From a bacterium (GTDB lineage: Bacteria > Margulisbacteria > WOR-1 > O2-12-FULL-45-9 > XYB2-FULL-48-7): a DNA stretch of 22,580 nucleotides. The DNA is taken from positions 1-22,580 of the forward strand of contig JBDRLW010000013.1 of the NCBI GenBank assembly GCA_043812655.1, read 5' to 3'. Made by a program: the position numbers and the translations under genes. The notes under the pieces are model-generated. The model had not been told where the DNA came from, searched no databases, and saw nothing but the letters and a program-made list of their open reading frames with translations. Shown here one piece after another: positions 19,988 to 22,580 of the stretch; position 1 is the first letter of the stretch, and each line of letters starts with the position of its first letter.

Positions 19988-20130
19988 ACGACCTGCGGTC
20001 GTAATTACAAACATCAAACCTCAAACTTCAAAACAATTATCAATAAACAAATGACAAATTATTGAGCTTGTTAATTAAATCCGCCGAAGGCGACCTTCAT
20101 TTGACATTTGTCATTGGTCATTTGACATTT
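19988..20130. repeat. Two convergent heptamer arrays (STRR2-like) with short GC hairpins
   Basis: Plus: AAACATC AAACCTC AAACTTC ... AATTATC AATAAAC AAATGAC (20009-20055). Minus: AAATGTC AAATGAC CAATGAC AAATGTC AAATGAA GG (20130-20094). Hairpins ACGACC-TGC-GGTCGT (19988-20002) and CGCC-GAA-GGCG (20082-20092). Confidence 0.8.
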
Positions 20131-20131
20131 A

Positions 20132-20329
20132 TCAGTATGGCAACCGCCACCACTCCGGTTGTAGCAAAAGCACATACAAACCAAAAAAGACGACAAATCC
20201 CGCGATGGCGATAAAAACTAAAAATGAGCCTTTCAACGGCTCTTGCCAGCGCTTGTTCATGTAATAAGCGAATAATAGCGCCAAGAGTCCTACTCCAACG
20301 ATCAATAATCCTCTAATAAATGTACTCAT
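20132..20329 (-). CDS. Small two-TM membrane protein
   Basis: 65 aa with two hydrophobic segments; fills the gap divergent from nadB and has its own extended -10. Confidence 0.65.
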   Translation of the reverse strand: MSTFIRGLLIVGVGLLALLFAYYMNKRWQEPLKGSFLVFIAIAGFVVFFGLYVLLLQPEWWRLPY

Positions 20330-20338
20330 GATGGTTTT

Positions 20339-20363
20339 ATTTTACCACGCGTAAAGGTATAAT
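20339..20363. promoter_or_regulatory. Back-to-back -10 boxes: TGgTAAAAT (minus, 20347-20339) and TATAAT (plus, 20358-20363)
   Basis: 40-bp divergent intergenic region; ATGs lie 9 and 6 nt downstream of the respective hexamers. Confidence 0.55.
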
Positions 20364-20369
20364 AAAAGC

Positions 20370-21941
20370 ATGCGGGAATGCGATCTCCTTATTATCGGCG
20401 GCGGGATCGCTGGATTAACGGCGGCGCTAGAAGCCAGTAAGTCCAGTAAGGTTATTCTTTTGACCAAAGGAAAGATCGGCGAGACCGCGACCGAAAAAGC
20501 CCAGGGAGGAATTGCCGCCGCAATCGACCAGCTCCGCGATTCGACCGAGTTCCACTTTGAAGACACCATCGCCGCCGGCGCCGGCCTCTGCGACGAAAAA
20601 GCGGTTAGGGTCTTGGTCACTGAAGGGGTTGATCGGGTTAAAGATCTGATCGAAATGGGCGCGCGCTTTGACCGGGCCGAAACCGAAGCGGGCGGCGGGT
20701 ATGCCCTCGCCCTCGAAGGGGCCCATAAAAGACGGAGGATCCTCCACGCTGGCGACGAAACCGGCCGGGAGATCGAGCGAACGCTTGGTCGCAAAGTTGT
20801 CAGCGAAGGTAAAGTCGAAATCCACCAGCAAATGACCGGCATCGACCTGATCATGAATAATGGCCGCTGTGCAGGAGCCTCGGCTCTCAACCAACAGACC
20901 AACCAACTAACAAACTACTTCGCCAAAGCTACGCTACTTGCCACCGGCGGAGTCTGCCAAACCTACCTCTACACCACTAACCCCTCATTCGCGACCGGCG
21001 ATGGAGTGGCGATGGCCTACCGGGCCGGAGCGGAAGTGACCGACCTGGAATTCGTCCAATTCCATCCAACCGCCCTCGTCCAATTCAAGCAATTTGAAGA
21101 TCTCATCGCCCTCCCCCAATTCTTAATATCGGAAGCAGTTAGAGGCGAAGGGGGCGTGTTGCTTAATAACCGCGGCGAAAGGTTCATGGAAAGGTATCAC
21201 GACCAGCTGGAGTTGGCTCCCAGGGATATTGTCTCCCGCTCGATCGTTGAAGAAATGAAAGCGACAAGCGCCGATCATGTTTTTCTCTCTTTGAAAAATA
21301 TTGGCCCGGATAAAATAAAACACCGTTTTCCCATGATCTATAAGACCTGCCTTGAGCGGGGTTTGGATATCACTAAAGATAATATCCCGGTCGCCCCTGC
21401 CGCCCATTATTTTATGGGCGGGATAAAAACCGATATTAATGGAGCTACCAATATCCCCGGCCTATTTGCCGCCGGCGAATGCGCTTCGACCGGCGTCCAT
21501 GGCGCTAACCGGCTAGCTTCAAATTCACTGCTTGAAGGGACGGTGTTTGGATATAGGGCGGCGGTGCAAGCAGGAAAAGTCGGTAAGTCGGTTAGTTTGT
21601 TAGATAAAAAGACCCTCCCCTCTAACCAACTAACCAACCAACCAACTAACCGACTTAATCCCGTCGAAATCCAACGCTTTAAATTAGTTATAAAGGCGGC
21701 AATGTGGCACGGGGCTGGGATCATTCGGTCAAAAGAAGGCTTAGAAGAAACTCTGCATAAGCTTCGCGCTATACCGGAAGATTTTTGTGATTTTGAAGTC
21801 AGAAACATGCTGATAGTCGCCATACTTATCGCGCAAGCGGCGCTTGACCGGACTGAATCCCGCGGCGCCCATTATCGGACAGATTATCCGCGGACAGACG
21901 ATAAAGCCTGGAAAAAGCACTTAATTTATAAAACAAGCTGA
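20370..21941 (+). CDS. nadB: L-aspartate oxidase
   Basis: IIGGGIAG, AQGGIAA, EGAHKRRRILH, QFHPT, LISEAVRGEG, ELAPRDIVSR, HYFMGG, GVHGANRLASNSLLE, ESRGAHYR.DYP. Confidence 0.96.
   Translation: MRECDLLIIGGGIAGLTAALEASKSSKVILLTKGKIGETATEKAQGGIAAAIDQLRDSTEFHFEDTIAAGAGLCDEKAVRVLVTEGVDRVKDLIEMGARFDRAETEAGGGYALALEGAHKRRRILHAGDETGREIERTLGRKVVSEGKVEIHQQMTGIDLIMNNGRCAGASALNQQTNQLTNYFAKATLLATGGVCQTYLYTTNPSFATGDGVAMAYRAGAEVTDLEFVQFHPTALVQFKQFEDLIALPQFLISEAVRGEGGVLLNNRGERFMERYHDQLELAPRDIVSRSIVEEMKATSADHVFLSLKNIGPDKIKHRFPMIYKTCLERGLDITKDNIPVAPAAHYFMGGIKTDINGATNIPGLFAAGECASTGVHGANRLASNSLLEGTVFGYRAAVQAGKVGKSVSLLDKKTLPSNQLTNQPTNRLNPVEIQRFKLVIKAAMWHGAGIIRSKEGLEETLHKLRAIPEDFCDFEVRNMLIVAILIAQAALDRTESRGAHYRTDYPRTDDKAWKKHLIYKTS
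20888..20917 (+). repeat. In-frame xAAC tandem tract in nadB
   Basis: CAAC CAAC AGAC CAAC CAAC TAAC AAAC TA, encoding NQQTNQLTNY. Confidence 0.6.
21577..21657. repeat. In-frame inverted pair of xAAC/GTTx tandem tracts in nadB
   Basis: AAGTCGGT AAGTCGGT TAGTTTGT TAGA ... TCTAACCAACTAACCAACCAACCAACTAACCGACTTA. Positions 21584-21597 and 21644-21657 form a perfect 14-bp inverted repeat. Confidence 0.8.
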
Positions 21942-21972
21942 AATTTTAGGACTTTTTTTCAGATAGTTATCC

Positions 21973-22476
21973 ATGAACCAGCTAATTCAATTTGCTGCGC
22001 TAAGCAACTCTTTTAGAAGAAGACCATTATTTCAAGCCGCCTTGACTTACGGTTTGTCAAACCCAATTATTATAAGATGGAAAGTTATCCACGACTGTAA
22101 TGGAAAAAGCTATATACAATATCCACTGCCCAACACAAATACCCGCCCCAAAATTGAAGGTTTTAATGGTCACGAATATGTTTGGTTGGCAATTTTCGAA
22201 GAATCCGGCAAAATCGTTGCCAGTTTTTATCCTGATCTTGATTCATTAAATAATAAAACAAATCATTTAAAAAAAGTGGTCTTATCTGAATTTAATCAGG
22301 CCGTAAATAAATGGGTCCCGCTTGGTAAGGCCAAGGTCATCCAATGTGACGCTGGCAATTTGGTCCAACATCAAAGGGCGTTCGTCCAAAGGTTACAAGA
22401 TCATTTATTACATGATCAAGAACAAGCTTTTGATATACCTGACCTTCCCCCCAAAAACTGGACCACTTGCAATTAG
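21973..22476 (+). pseudogene. Hypothetical protein, probably truncated by IS insertion at 22439/22440
   Basis: AT-rich ORF with no recognisable family. The last ~11 codons (DLPPKNWTTCN*) are read from the IS left end. Confidence 0.55.
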
Positions 22477-22580
22477 AATTTAGGCCGATAAACTAATACA
22501 AGGGGGTGCTTTATGAAGGGGAAAAGATTTAATGAAGAACAGATCATTGGTGCGTTGAAAGAAGCAGAGGGAGGGATTGC
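22440..22580 (+). mobile_element. Left end of an IS3-family (IS407-group-like) insertion sequence
   Basis: 5'-TG terminus TGACCTTCCCCCCAAAAACTGGACCA resembles IS3-family IRLs, followed by an SD and orfA. Confidence 0.8.
22513..22580 (+). CDS. IS3-family transposase OrfA, N-terminus (partial)
   Basis: MKGKRFNEEQIIGALKEAEGGI matches the MK..RF(S/T)EEQII..LKE.E.G HTH start; AGGGGG SD. Confidence 0.85.
   Translation, partial: MKGKRFNEEQIIGALKEAEGGI

Noticed and set aside
19839..20024. 61-aa ORF
   Set aside because: It spans tRNA-Gln and the GIY-YIG start.
20002..20130. Possible CRISPR array
   Set aside because: Units are 7 nt and tandem with no spacers; no cas genes in the window.
20370..21941. 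Succinate dehydrogenase/fumarate reductase flavoprotein call
   Set aside because: It lacks the covalent-FAD His before AQGG (reads ATEKAQGG), no Fe-S subunit is adjacent, and motifs fit NadB.

Overview
Bacterial chromosomal segment, mostly housekeeping and cell-envelope genes. A diderm with SLH-anchored outer-membrane proteins is inferred; the gene set resembles Ca. Saganbacteria (WOR-1)/Margulisbacteria, but this is not verified. A minus-strand run (wecA-like, wecB, murA, ybeY, dgkA, CNNM/CBS, pyrG) is followed by three secreted or surface proteins: a YCF48-type propeller with a T9SS-CTD-like tail, a PorV/PorQ-like barrel fused to three SLH domains, and a partial secreted protein. Next come gmhA, a DHS-like protein, tRNA-Glu(CTC), a beta-helix lipoprotein, rfbC, a NIF3-like protein and a polysaccharide deacetylase. 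These are followed by an SH3/sugar-ABC/methyltransferase cluster, GIY-YIG, tRNA-Gln(CTG), nadB, and an ORF cut by the left end of an IS3-family element. The most unusual signals lie below gene level: (i) heptamer tandem arrays with a shared AATGAAGG terminus and inverted xAAC arrays, several in frame inside genes; (ii) a ~75-nt double-hairpin element apparently inserted in frame into a signal peptide; (iii) a CTD-like protein encoded beside a PorV-like/SLH barrel; (iv) -10 boxes placed as for leaderless mRNAs before most operon-leading genes.
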